A stretch of 63,315 bases of DNA, counting the filler, from Octopus bimaculoides (lineage: Eukaryota), in NCBI RefSeq assembly GCF_001194135.2. It is 11 parts of 10 records of this genome, joined end to end, with 100 filler letters (N's around TTAATTAATTAA, not from the genome) between each part and the next. Parts side by side here need not be neighbours in the genome. Positions count along the whole stretch, not along the records: positions 32,578 to 39,651 come from NC_068989.1; positions 39,752 to 45,009 come from NC_069003.1; positions 45,110 to 48,379 come from NC_068991.1; positions 48,480 to 56,669 come from NC_069004.1; 7 more parts are not named here. The stretch is one strand, 5' to 3'. Under the pieces are notes generated by a model. The model saw only the letters and a list, made by a program, of their open reading frames with translations. It made no database searches and had not been told where the DNA came from. Shown piece after piece: positions 38,991 through 50,519 of this stretch; position 1 is the stretch's first letter, and every line of letters starts with the position of its first letter. The translations under genes were made by a program, and so were the position numbers.

Positions 38991-39019
38991 CCTAGTAGTA
39001 GTAGTAGTAGTAGTAACTA

Positions 39020-39635
39020 GGCGCAGGAGTGGTTGTGTGATAAGAATTTTACTTCCCATCCACATGGTTCCAGGTTAAGTCCCACTACGTGGCGCCTTGG
39101 CCAAGTGTCTTCAATAACCTTGGGCCTACAAAAGCTTTGTAAGTGGATTTGTCAGACGGAAACAGAAAGAAGCCCATCGTATACATATATGTGTGTGTGT
39201 TATGTGTGTGTGTGTGTTTGTGTGTGTGTATGTTTGTGTAATGTTTGTCTGTCACCAGCGCTTGACAACCGGTGTTGATGTGTTTATGATACCGTAACTT
39301 AGCGTTTCGGCAACAGAAAAACGACAGGATAAGCACAGGGCTTTAAAAAAATGTACTGGGGCCGATTCATTCGACTAAAGAATTTTTCAAGGCAGTGCTC
39401 CAGTATGGTCAGTCTAATGACTGAAGCAATAACAAATTGAATAAAATAAATAAAAAAGCAACAATGTAAGTGCAAGCGTGGCTGTGTAGTAAGAAGCTTG
39501 CTTTCCAACCACATGGTTCCGGGTTCAGTCCCACTGCATGGCACCTTGGGCAGGTGGTTTCTACTATAGCCTAGGGCCGACCAAAGCTTTGTTAGTGAAT
39601 TTGATAGACGAAAACTGAAAGAAGCCAGTCGTATA
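39020..39635 (+). mobile_element. Full-length SINE A (39020-39445) followed by a second 5' half (39470-39635)
   Basis: ggcgcaggagtggttgtgtg head through cagtgctccagtatgg tail; the second head runs into (TA)n and a gap. Confidence 0.85.
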
Positions 39636-39823
39636 TATATATATATATATANNNNNNNNNNNNNNNNNNNNNNNNNNNNNNNNNNNNNNNNNNNNTTAAT
39701 TAATTAANNNNNNNNNNNNNNNNNNNNNNNNNNNNNNNNNNNNNNNNNNNNTATGTGTATAAATATGTATTTATATATATATACATATATACATAAATAA
39801 GGTAATATATGTGTATAAATTTG

Positions 39824-39882
<59 letters not shown>

Positions 39883-39885
39883 ATG

Positions 39886-39938
<53 letters not shown>

Positions 39939-40260
39939 GTATATATTTTCTGTATACATGTATATACACACATACACAATATATGTATTATTGTATTCAT
40001 TCTGCATTTGTTAGTCTCTTTCATTTAAATCTTATACTCTTTCAACACCTCACCACCTCACCCACACCCCCTCATACCACCTTCCCCCTTTGTTCCTTCT
40101 GTTCTCTCTCTCTCTCTCTCTCTCCCTCTCTCTCTTACTCTCTACCCCTCACACACATTCACCCATCCATCCAGTTTGTGTATTGTTAATGGAATCATAA
40201 CTTAATCAAATATAGAGATTAATTAAATATTAGTACTGAACAGGGGTGGGGGGACAATCT

Positions 40261-40304
<44 letters not shown>

Positions 40305-40332
40305 TGTGTTTTTGTGCGTATGCATTTGAGTG

Positions 40333-40371
<39 letters not shown>

Positions 40372-40710
40372 GGGTGAAGACGTGTATTGATGTCTTTATG
40401 TGTATATATGTGTCACTTGGAATGGAATGTGTGGGGGGTATATCAATGTGTATGTATTTATATATATATATATATGCGTGTGTGTGTGCATATATTTGTG
40501 TAGCTATATGTATGTGTGTGTACGTAGATGTGTATGTGTGTGTGTGTGTACTCCATTTGTCTTCTCTCTTTCACTACTTACCTCTATCTCTCCCTCCTCT
40601 TCCTTCTCCCCCCTCTTATTCTCTTTATGACAATTATTGCCACTTTTAAGTTTTCTTGGTATTTTCAATAAATTTACTTTCTACCTTGCTGCACTCACAC
40701 ACACTCTCTC

Positions 40711-40841
<131 letters not shown>

Positions 40842-40852
40842 GTATATATGTG

Positions 40853-41225
40853 TATGAGTGGGTGCATGGCTCAGTTGTTAGAGAGTCGTGCTTACGATTG
40901 TGAGGTTGTGAGTTCGATCCCCGGACCAGGCTGCGTGTTGTGTTCTTGAGCAAGACACTTTATTTCACGATGTTCCAGTTCACTCAGCTGGCAAAAATGA
41001 GTTGTGACATCACTGGAGCCAAGCTGTATCGGCCCTTTGCCTTTCCCTTGGATGACATCGGTGGCATGGAGAGGAGGAGGCTGGTATGCATTGGCGACTG
41101 CTGGTCTTCCATAAAAACAACCCTAGGTTGTGCGTCCACCGGTGAGATGACTTTCCACCCAGACCTGTCCCTCAGAGGAGAACCTCTCGGGTGCACCCAT
41201 GGTCATTCATGATCAACGGAGTCGC
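40853..41225 (+). mobile_element. tRNA/CORE-like SINE, family E, full length
   Basis: A box tggctcagttg, B box gttcgatcc, cttgagcaagacactttatttca...cagctggcaaaaatgag, and a distinct 3' body ending at an A/TA tail. Confidence 0.85.
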
Positions 41226-41437
41226 TATTAAATATATATATATGTATGCGTGTGTCTCTATTTCCTATGTATCTCTCTCTCTCTCTCTGTCTTTCCTATG
41301 CATCTCTCTCCCCCTCTCTCTCTCTTTCCTATGCATCTCTCTCTCTCTCTGCATTATATATATATGCTCTTCTATAAAACTCTGCCCTATATCTCTGTCT
41401 ATACTTTTCTGTCTCTCTGAATCTGCATCATATACTA

Positions 41438-41471
<34 letters not shown>

Positions 41472-41472
41472 G

Positions 41473-41513
<41 letters not shown>

Positions 41514-41810
41514 AGTTTAGGACAATCAGTAGGTTGTCATAATAGGACTCAGAGTTTCAAATGCTGGAGGTAAGAGCTATGATGCATTCTCGAGTATTAT
41601 TTTTATTATTATTATTATTATTATGTGTATATATATATATATGTGTGTGGGGGGGGGTGTATGTATATATATGTTTTTATATATATATATATATTTTTGT
41701 AAATATATACATATGTTTATACACAAATAAATATATGTATATGCGTAAATATATATATGTATATATGTAAAAATATATATATATATGCAAATATATATGT
41801 ATATATGTAA

Positions 41811-41843
<33 letters not shown>

Positions 41844-42603
41844 GATATATGTGGTTCTTTCTCTCCTATTTCAATTTTCTATTTTATTTTCAATCCCCAC
41901 CCCACCCCCTCCCATGCATTTATATGCTTTCTCTATTTTTTCTGAACATATTTCTTTTTCTACAACAGAGGGGAGGGGTGGTGGTGGTCGTGTCAGTGGT
42001 AGCGATGGCGTTGGCAGTAGTTTTTGGTGAAGACATTTGAATATCTCACTGGTTTTCTGATACTTTTAACCATCTACGTAAGATCACAGAGCTTGGCGAA
42101 GAAATGGAATGAATATTGTTTGTTCTTGNNNNNNNNNNNNNNNNNNNNNNNNNNNNNNNNNNNNNNNNNNNNNNNNNNNNNNNNNNNNNNNNNNNNNNNN
42201 NNNNNNNNNNNNNNNNNNNNNNNNNNNNNNNNNNNNNNNNNNNNNNNNNNNNNNNNNNNNNNNNNNNNNNNNNNNNNNNNNNNNNNNNNNNNNNNNNNNN
42301 NNNNNNNNNNNNNNNNNNNNNNNNNNNNNNNNNNNNNNCTTCCTGCACCAGTCTTTGAATTTCGAATGTTAAGTTTCTGCAGAGAAGGTGAACAGCATGT
42401 TGTGGTGGTGGCAGCGGCGGTGGTGAATGTGTCAGAGTGAGAAAGATGGAGAGAAAGAGAGAGAGAAACAGACTGAAACAAAAAGACCGAGAGAGAGAGA
42501 GAGAGAGAGAGAACTACAGACAGAGATTGAGAGAGAAAGAGAGAACAAAGGAATTATAAGAAAGCAAAATACCAACATTATCGTTTTAAAGAATGCATTA
42601 TTA

Positions 42604-42634
<31 letters not shown>

Positions 42635-43335
42635 CATTATTATTTATCATCATCATCATTATCATTGTTGTTGTTGTTGTTATCACAAAAGAAATATTCA
42701 ACTGGTAAGCGAATCAATTATTGTATATTGTATATATTATAGATCTTGTTATTGATTCCTCTTCTGCTAGTTTCGGCGGCTGGTGAGGTAACAATGGAAT
42801 GGTAACCGCCTTTTTTTCTATGTTTTTTTTTCTTCTCTTATTGAAACCAAAACCGTTTATCATACAGAGCATGCCCAGTGCAGTTTGCTGTTTCCGTTAC
42901 ATGACCCGGGGTCATCTCTGATCAAGCCCATACCCCTTCCCCATTGCCCTGCCTAATATGCATTTTGGCCATCATGAAATGGTTATTTTTGTTTATATAT
43001 TTATTCTATGATGATAGTATCTGCGAAGGCACATGGCCTGGTGGTTAGGGTGTTGCACTTGTGATCGTAAGATCTTGCTTTCAATTCCTAGGCAGGGCAG
43101 TGTATTGCATTTTCCAGCAAAGCACTTTTGTTTCACTTTGCTCAAGGCAGGCAGATAATAAATCTGTAGGTAGACAGGTAAATAGTTACGCAGCTAGGCA
43201 GGTAGATATATTTAGGTAGATAAATAGTTAGATAGATCAGCAGCTAGGTATGTGGATAGATAGATAGATAGATATAAAGGCAAGTAGGTGGAAGATATAT
43301 TTAGTTAGATGGCTGCATAGGTAGGCAGGTAGGCA

Positions 43336-43607
43336 GGCAGGTAGATATATTTAGAGAGATGGCTAGATAGGCAGGTAGATATATTTGGATAGATGGCTAG
43401 ATAGACAGGTAGATATATTTACAGAGATGGCTAGATAGGCAGGTAGATATATTTAGAGAGATGTCTAGATAGGCAGGTAGATATATTTGGATAGATGGCT
43501 AGATAGACAGGTAGATATATTTACAGAGATGGCTAGATAGGCAGGTAGATATACTTAGAGAGATGTCTAGATAGGCAGGTAGATGTATTTGGATAGATGG
43601 CTAGATA
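43336..43607. repeat. 34-bp minisatellite x8 with 102-bp (3-unit) higher-order structure
   Basis: Unit ggcaggtagatatatttagagagatggctagata; variants agag/ggat/acag recur in order A,B,C,A,B,C,A,B. Confidence 0.9.
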
Positions 43608-43926
43608 GATAGATAGCCAGGTAGGAAGGTAAGTATATAAATAGCAAGATAGGTAGGTAGATAGAGAGTTAGGTAATTATGTAGGCAGGTAGATCTATTT
43701 AGGTAGGTAGATAGTTAGATAGGTAAGCAGAAAAGTAGGTCGGTTGGTAGATAGCTAGATATAGATAGGCAAGTAGTTGAGTTGGTTGATGGATGGATAG
43801 TTTGTTCTTCTTTCCTTCTGAATTCCATACAAATGGAATTATTCGCTATTGGTATGTATGAACTTAAGCCATCGTGTGAAACTTCAGAGATACAGAAACG
43901 TTTTATGTCATCGATGTAGCGAATTT

Positions 43927-43972
43927 TATTAACTCCCAGAATGCACCTGTCAGTGCATTCTGGGAGTTAATA
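43927..43972. repeat. Perfect 20-bp inverted repeat with 6-nt spacer
   Basis: tattaactcccagaatgcac-ctgtca-gtgcattctgggagttaata. Confidence 0.92.
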
Positions 43973-44393
43973 TAGAACCTCATTAAGAAACATGTGAAAA
44001 TTTGAAAATCCACCAGATCAAATATGAGCAAAATTGTGTAGAACTAGCAGACGTAGCGCCAACTCTATTTTGGTATTGAGAAACCATAGTAATCATAGAA
44101 AAACCATCAACTGGAATAATCATAATGTGTTTCTGCTATCAGACTTATCAGCTCGTCTTCTATGGAACCATTGCTGTAGTCTTTCGGATCCTTAATCTTG
44201 CTATTAAGTCTTCAAAGGACAGTAAATTATGGAACATAACCTCGGTAAACAGTCGCTAAAACTTCAAAGGCGTCTCAGAATCTTTTGAAGAATTTTGATT
44301 CTCCTTTTAGCATCCGCATCCCTTGATTGGGTTGGGACAATTCATATCATTTATCTTCTCCTTTATGTTGGAATTCTCTAACCTTGGTTATTC

Positions 44394-44444
<51 letters not shown>

Positions 44445-44449
44445 TGTGT

Positions 44450-44632
44450 GTGTGCGAAGGTACATGGCTTAGTGGTTGGAGCATAGCACTCATGATCAGA
44501 AAATTGTGGTTTCAATTCTTGGACTGGACGATTTGCTGTCCAACCACATGGTTCCGGGTTCAGTCCCACTGCATAGCACCTTGGGCAACTGTCTTCTACT
44601 TCACCCTTTAGCTGACCAAAGCCTTGTGAGTG
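44450..44632 (+). mobile_element. Chimeric SINE: family C/E-type head joined to a family A body
   Basis: catggcttagtggtt...gtttcaattc head, then ccaaccacatggttccgggttcagtccc...gaccaaagccttgtgagtg. Confidence 0.7.
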
Positions 44633-44656
44633 TATATATACATAGACTGTCATACC

Positions 44657-44696
44657 GGCCATGACGAAGGGAAATAGCCCTGGAACTCGAGTCGCC
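44657..44696 (+). other. Minimal type I hammerhead-like motif (Penelope/retrozyme type), two core deviations
   Basis: GGC C(A)TGACGA AGGG aaatag CCCT GGAA CTCGAG TC GCC: stem I GGC/GCC, stem II AGGG/CCCT, palindromic stem III ACTCGAGT, GUC triplet. Confidence 0.55.
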
Positions 44697-45210
44697 TTTA
44701 TATATATATATTTATATTTATATATTTATATATTTGATCCTTTATATTGAACACTCAATATTTCATCTACATTCAATACTTTATTTCATGGTGCCATCCA
44801 TTTTTATTTTATTTTATATTATATATTGTATATTATATTATATATTGTATATTCCATATTCTATACCCCACATTAGTTCTGCAGGAATATAAATAAAACA
44901 TAAAAAACAGACAGTGTTGGAACTCTTTTAAACAAAATATTATATTCCTCTATACACAATCATACAAAAAATCCACCTTTTTTTGTATTTATTTTTACTC
45001 GCATATATANNNNNNNNNNNNNNNNNNNNNNNNNNNNNNNNNNNNNNNNNNNNTTAATTAATTAANNNNNNNNNNNNNNNNNNNNNNNNNNNNNNNNNNN
45101 NNNNNNNNNACACTGCCCAGACATAAGAACCACCCCACACCGAGCCACCTCTTGCATCACACCATTGAGACACATCACCAACGGCACCACACTGTACCAA
45201 CATCACCCAG

Positions 45211-45260
<50 letters not shown>

Positions 45261-45644
45261 CTTCTAATATACTATCTACATACACGGTCCTACTATCAGC
45301 CAGATACACACATACATACATACATAATACATACACACATACATACATACATACATACATACATACATACATACACACAAAACAGCTGCAGCAGCAACAA
45401 TTGCAACAACACCTAACTGCATTCTGCCAATCTGGATGTGCACATACCAGCATCATCCGGAATTAAACACGCCCAAACTACAGCAACAACACCACATCGC
45501 TCTTCGCCATGCTATATCACGATATGCTATCCAGACTGACGAACGAGGGAGTCACGACGTAATTGTCCGACCCGGTAGAAATAGCAGCCAAGTATCTCTC
45601 TGTAAGTGTCAAAACTGTTTTAGACGAAGGACACGTTTAATACT

Positions 45645-45870
45645 AATTTGAAATTTTGGCCCAGGGCCAGGATGAGAGAAGTGAGAAGTCGATTACATCG
45701 ACTCCAGTGTATGACTGGTACTTAGTTTATCGACCCCGAACCGATGAAAGGCAAAGTCGACCTCGGCGGGACTTGAACTCAGGGCGTAGCGGCGGGCGAA
45801 ATACCGCTAAGCAATATCGCCCGGCACACAAACGATTCTACCAGCTTGCTATCTTCTTAGTAGTAGTAGC

Positions 45871-45925
<55 letters not shown>

Positions 45926-46130
45926 ATAATGATGATGATGATGATTACTTGAAATTTTGGCACAAAGCCAGCAATTTTGGGGGCGGGGTTAAGTAATTGC
46001 ATTGACCCCAGTGTCCAGCAAGTACTTATTTTATCGACCCCGAAAGGATGAAAAGCAATGTTGATCTAGGTCGAATTTGAACTCAAAACATAACGACGAA
46101 CGAAATGCCTCTAAGCACCTTGTCCGGCCG
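45645..46130 (-). mobile_element. Two SINE B copies, inverted (45645-45850 and 45950-46130), separated by (GTA)n
   Basis: gtcgattacatcga...atcgaccccgaa..gatgaaaggcaaagtcgacctcggcgg..ttgaactca. Confidence 0.85.
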
Positions 46131-46559
46131 GCGAGGTGACCAGTTCTCCTAAGTCGACGCCTTAAAGGACACAGCAGATAATGGTGCTCTGGGTTCCCTG
46201 CACATGAGATAAAACAGATGGAATGGTTACAAGTGGAATGGCCTCGAACATAGATTTGTTTTGCTCGATCAGAGCTCTGACCTAGGGCTAAAGCATGACA
46301 TTAACGATGCTGTACTGCGCTGCACTGCACCGTGCNNNNNNNNNNNNNNNNNNNNNNNNNNNNNNNNNNNNNNNNNNNNNNNNNNNNNNNNNNNNNNNNN
46401 NNNNNNNNNNNNNCCACCACCACCACCACCATCCACCACTAGATATGCCCAATCAACATCAACGGACGCCATCAAGTTAAACACAGCAGCATCACTTCGA
46501 ATCTATACGCAGACTACAGCAAGCGACATCAAACCACCCACACATACAGACAGACCAGC

Positions 46560-47130
46560 AGCACCACACTAGACCAAACCGCCAGAACCAAGCCCTCGCT
46601 CACTCACACACACACACACACACACCAGACATGACCCATACACACACACGCACACGCACACACATACACACACGATCAGCGACATATAAAACGCAAAGCG
46701 TCGTTCGGACGCGTAAAACTTAAAACTTCTACGCGTCACATTATTTACCATCCGGATAGATTATATAAGACGAAAGAGTCGTGGTTGGAACGGCTGTGAT
46801 GACGACAGACCCAGCGAAATTACGATTGACCTGGGGCAAAAAAGAAATTTTAGCATCGCTCTCTCGTTACTAAAGTCGTTTTCATTAACAATCGTTGTTA
46901 GTAGCGTCAGCGACATTGTCTCCGTCAGCGCAATCATCCACATAATCGTCATCGCCGTCTTCATCATCAGTCATCATCATCATCATTGTCGTCATCAGCA
47001 GCAGCAGCAGCAAAGGGCGTTATCAGCAGCAACAGCAGTCAATACGTTTCGCAGCAGCAGCAGCAGCGCTGAGTCACGGGGTTTCTGACGTCACCACACC
47101 CTCGTCATGTGAGGTTGTAAATATAGACGA
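46560..47130. promoter_or_regulatory. CpG-rich unique segment with clustered AP-1 (47070-47076), CRE (47086-47093) and M-box-like E-box (47105-47112) sites
   Basis: TGAGTCA, TGACGTCA and TCATGTGA within 43 bp, next to CAG/CAT-rich UTR-like sequence. Function not shown. Confidence 0.35.
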
Positions 47131-47187
47131 AAGAAGAGACGTATACAATATGCATATGCGTGTACGTACGTACGTGTGGGTACACCA

Positions 47188-47273
<86 letters not shown>

Positions 47274-48025
47274 NNNNNNNNNNNNNNNNNNNNNNNNNNN
47301 NNNNNNNNNNNNNNNNNNNNNNNNNNNNNNNNNNNNNNNNNNNNNNNNNNNNNNNNNNNNNNNNNNNNNNNNNNNNNNNNNNNNNNNNNNNNNNNNNNNN
47401 NNNNNNNNNNNNNNNNNNNNNNNNNNNNNNNNNNNNNNNNNNNNNNNNNNNNNNNNNNNNNNNNNNNNNNNNNNNNNNNNNNNNNNNNNNNNNNNNNNNN
47501 NNNNNNNNNNNNNNNNNNNNNNNNNNNNNNNNNNNNNNNNNNNNNNNNNNNNNNNNNNNNNNNNNNNNNNNNNNNNNNNNNNNNNNNNNNNNNNNNNNNN
47601 NNNNNNNNNNNNNNNNNNNNNNNNNNNNNNNNNNNNNNNNNNNNNNNNNNNNNNNNNNNNNNNNNNNNNNNNNNNNNNNNNNNNNNNNNNNNNNNNNNNN
47701 NNNNNNNNNNNNNNNNNNNNNNNNNNNNNNNNNNNNNNNNNNNNNNNNNNNNNNNNNNNNNNNNNNNNNNNNNNNNNNNNNNNNNNNNNNNNNNNNNNNN
47801 NNNNNNNNNNNNNNNNNNNNNNNNNNNNNNNNNNNNNNNNNNNNNNNNNNNNNNNNNNNNNNNNNNNNNNNNNNNNNNNNNNNNNNNNNNNNNNNNNNNN
47901 NNNNNNNNNNNNNNNNNNNNNNNNNNNNNNNNNNNNNNNNNNNATATATATATAATTATAAACAATATATGTACATATATAAACCTATATAGATAAACTT
48001 ATAAACATATACATGTATGTATATA

Positions 48026-48101
<76 letters not shown>

Positions 48102-48479
48102 ATATTTTTATATCTTTGTAAGTGTACCAACATACATATTTATATATAGCTGTGATGCATATGTTTATGTATATAAAGGTAGTATGTGCATGATTCATAT
48201 ATATATGTGTATTTACATATATGTAGCTGTATGTATATACAGGCATACCCTTGCACAGGCAAGTGTATACAGAGGCAAAGCTGTGAGGATAAACTTACAT
48301 ACATATTGTTCCACACAATACACACCTATCTATAGGCGGTGCTGCAGCTTGGCCGTAGTCCAAGATAATATATATATATNNNNNNNNNNNNNNNNNNNNN
48401 NNNNNNNNNNNNNNNNNNNNNNNTTAATTAATTAANNNNNNNNNNNNNNNNNNNNNNNNNNNNNNNNNNNNNNNNNNNN

Positions 48480-48524
<45 letters not shown>

Positions 48525-48553
48525 ATATAGATGTATATGCATATATATGTGTG

Positions 48554-48585
<32 letters not shown>

Positions 48586-48852
48586 TGTGTGTGCGTATTT
48601 AAGACAAACACACACAGACTGAGATAGATATGTATGTAGGTAAATGGCTAAGGCGATGTACAGTTTGATAGTTGAATGGATATATTGATAGATAGATTGG
48701 CAAACCGGTATACGCTTTCATACGTGGGTGTATATATTGTATATTAGCAGTTATCTATACATGATTTCATGCATATACATTTACGAATGCAAATATAACT
48801 GCATATGTATTTATGCATATACAGATATACGTGTGTGTATTAGTGTGTGTGC

Positions 48853-48881
<29 letters not shown>

Positions 48882-48883
<2 letters not shown>

Positions 48884-49079
48884 AGAAAGAAAATGGAGGT
48901 AAGGAAGTTAATAATTGTTTATTATTAGCAAATTGGTCAGCTTCGATTCTTACAGCCGTTTCAATTAATACTCATTATTATTGCGTATTAACTGAAACGG
49001 CTGTAAGAAGCGAAGATGACCAATTTGTTAATAATAAACAATTATTAACTTCCTTACCCTCATTTCCTTTCTGTTATCT
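48882..49079. mobile_element. Palindromic MITE-like element in a (TA)n tract
   Basis: 73-bp arms 48899-48971 and 48985-49057 with 4 mismatches and a 13-nt spacer; imperfect extension to the TA flanks. Confidence 0.85.
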
Positions 49080-49626
49080 ATATATATATATATACATACT
49101 TACATGATGCAAAAGAATAGTTACTAGTATCGCTTTTTGCTCGTCTTTCGGCTGTTTCAACAAACGATCCGTATTCCATACTAATCGCTTATATTCATGT
49201 TTTCTAACTCGTCTAATTATTTGCCTTTTTACTCTCTTTCTTCCGCTCATTTTCTCTTCTTCTCTTCATTTTGACCTATCTCCTCATTCTAATCATACAC
49301 ATCTCTCCACAAATACTACCAATACGTTCTCGAATTTTCATTCACACCACAAAACACCATCGAATGAGCAACACAGAATCTACGGCTCCATTCTTTGAAA
49401 TGATTAAACACGAAATACAATCAGAACTTACATACAATGTACAGGAAACCTTTTTACCACTTCTATACACCATTTTCCTCGAATAATGGAACTGCAACGA
49501 CGATATTTCATATTTTATTTCTCCTTTCATTCTCTTATTTCCCTCTGTATTCCCTATCTCCTCCTTTTCCATAATAATTCCTTATTTCGAACTCAAACAT
49601 TTACCTCTATTTAGCCATCTCAGATC

Positions 49627-49674
49627 GTCTCTGTGGAAAGTATATCCATAATATCCCAGAAACAGCTGTAAGAC
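49627..49674 (+). other. Minimal type I hammerhead-like motif with intact stems I and III
   Basis: GTCT CTGTGGA ...atat ccata atat... GAAA CAGCTG TA AGAC: stem I GTCT/AGAC, palindromic stem III ACAGCTGT, GUA triplet; A6 is U and stem II is eroded. Confidence 0.55.
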
Positions 49675-50262
49675 TATATCTATATATCTTTCCTTATAAA
49701 CATCCTGAAAACTCTACACAGCCTTGGCTTTGTTATCTCATTTTGTCTAATNNNNNNNNNNNNNNNNNNNNNNNNNNNNNNNNNNNNNNNNNNNNNNNNN
49801 NNNNNNNNNNNNNNNNNNNNNNNNNNNNNNNNNNNNNNNNNNNNNNNNNNNNNNNNNNNNNNNNNNNNNNNNNNNNNNNNNNNNNNNNNNNNNNNNNNNN
49901 NNNNNNNNNNNNNNNNNNNNNNNNNNNNNNNNNNNNNNNNNNNNNNNNNNNNNNNNNNNNNNNNNNNNNNNNNNNNNNNNNNNNNNNNNNNNNNNNNNNN
50001 NNNNNNNNNNNNNNNNNNNNNNNNNNNNNNNNNNNNNNNNAATAATTCCTTGAGGCAGTTATGGCTCTATGCAATTTCTGATTGCAACTTTGTGAGGCCC
50101 GGAGGCCTTTAAGGCTTTGAGGATCCAGCGGTAACGTTTCAGGTGTTTGATGCAAAGAAGACGTCCCGAGATGAAAGCAACTCTCGTCTGTATTTTAGAG
50201 TTTCCCTTGTTTTCCGTTCTGGCGATTTGTAGCCGATTATTGTTAATGTTGTTGTTGTTGTT

Positions 50263-50301
<39 letters not shown>

Positions 50302-50519
50302 TATTGTTGCTGTTGTTATATATATATATATATATTTGAAAACCGTTTGATACACCTCTTTCAAAATATGCTATTAACACCACCACTACCACCACCAAAA
50401 TCATCATCATCATCATCATCATCAGTACCACCACTACCACCATCAGTATTTAGATATCTTCCAAATCGATTCTTTTCAACGGGAGAAAATTATTTCAAAA
50501 GTATTAACAAATATTTCAT

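Noticed and set aside
40853-40930. tRNA-like sequences (also at 3479, 30973, 37190 and 38540)
   Set aside because: No intact cloverleaf, and each continues into a multi-copy SINE body.
43336-43607. CRISPR-like regular repeats
   Set aside because: Contiguous tandem units with no unique spacers, a eukaryotic context and no cas genes.
45536-45600. CTGACGA...GAAA...ATC as a hammerhead ribozyme
   Set aside because: The stem II closing pair is A-A, stems I and III are only 3 bp, and part of it looks like another repeat; compatible with chance.
49432-49491. 60-nt minus-strand exon candidate (cag|...|gtaagt)
   Set aside because: No polypyrimidine tract, no recognisable peptide and no linkable neighbouring exon.
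50041-50240. Possible RLE-type LINE fragment on the minus strand
   Set aside because: Short, frameshifted and lacking a clear motif; not enough to call.
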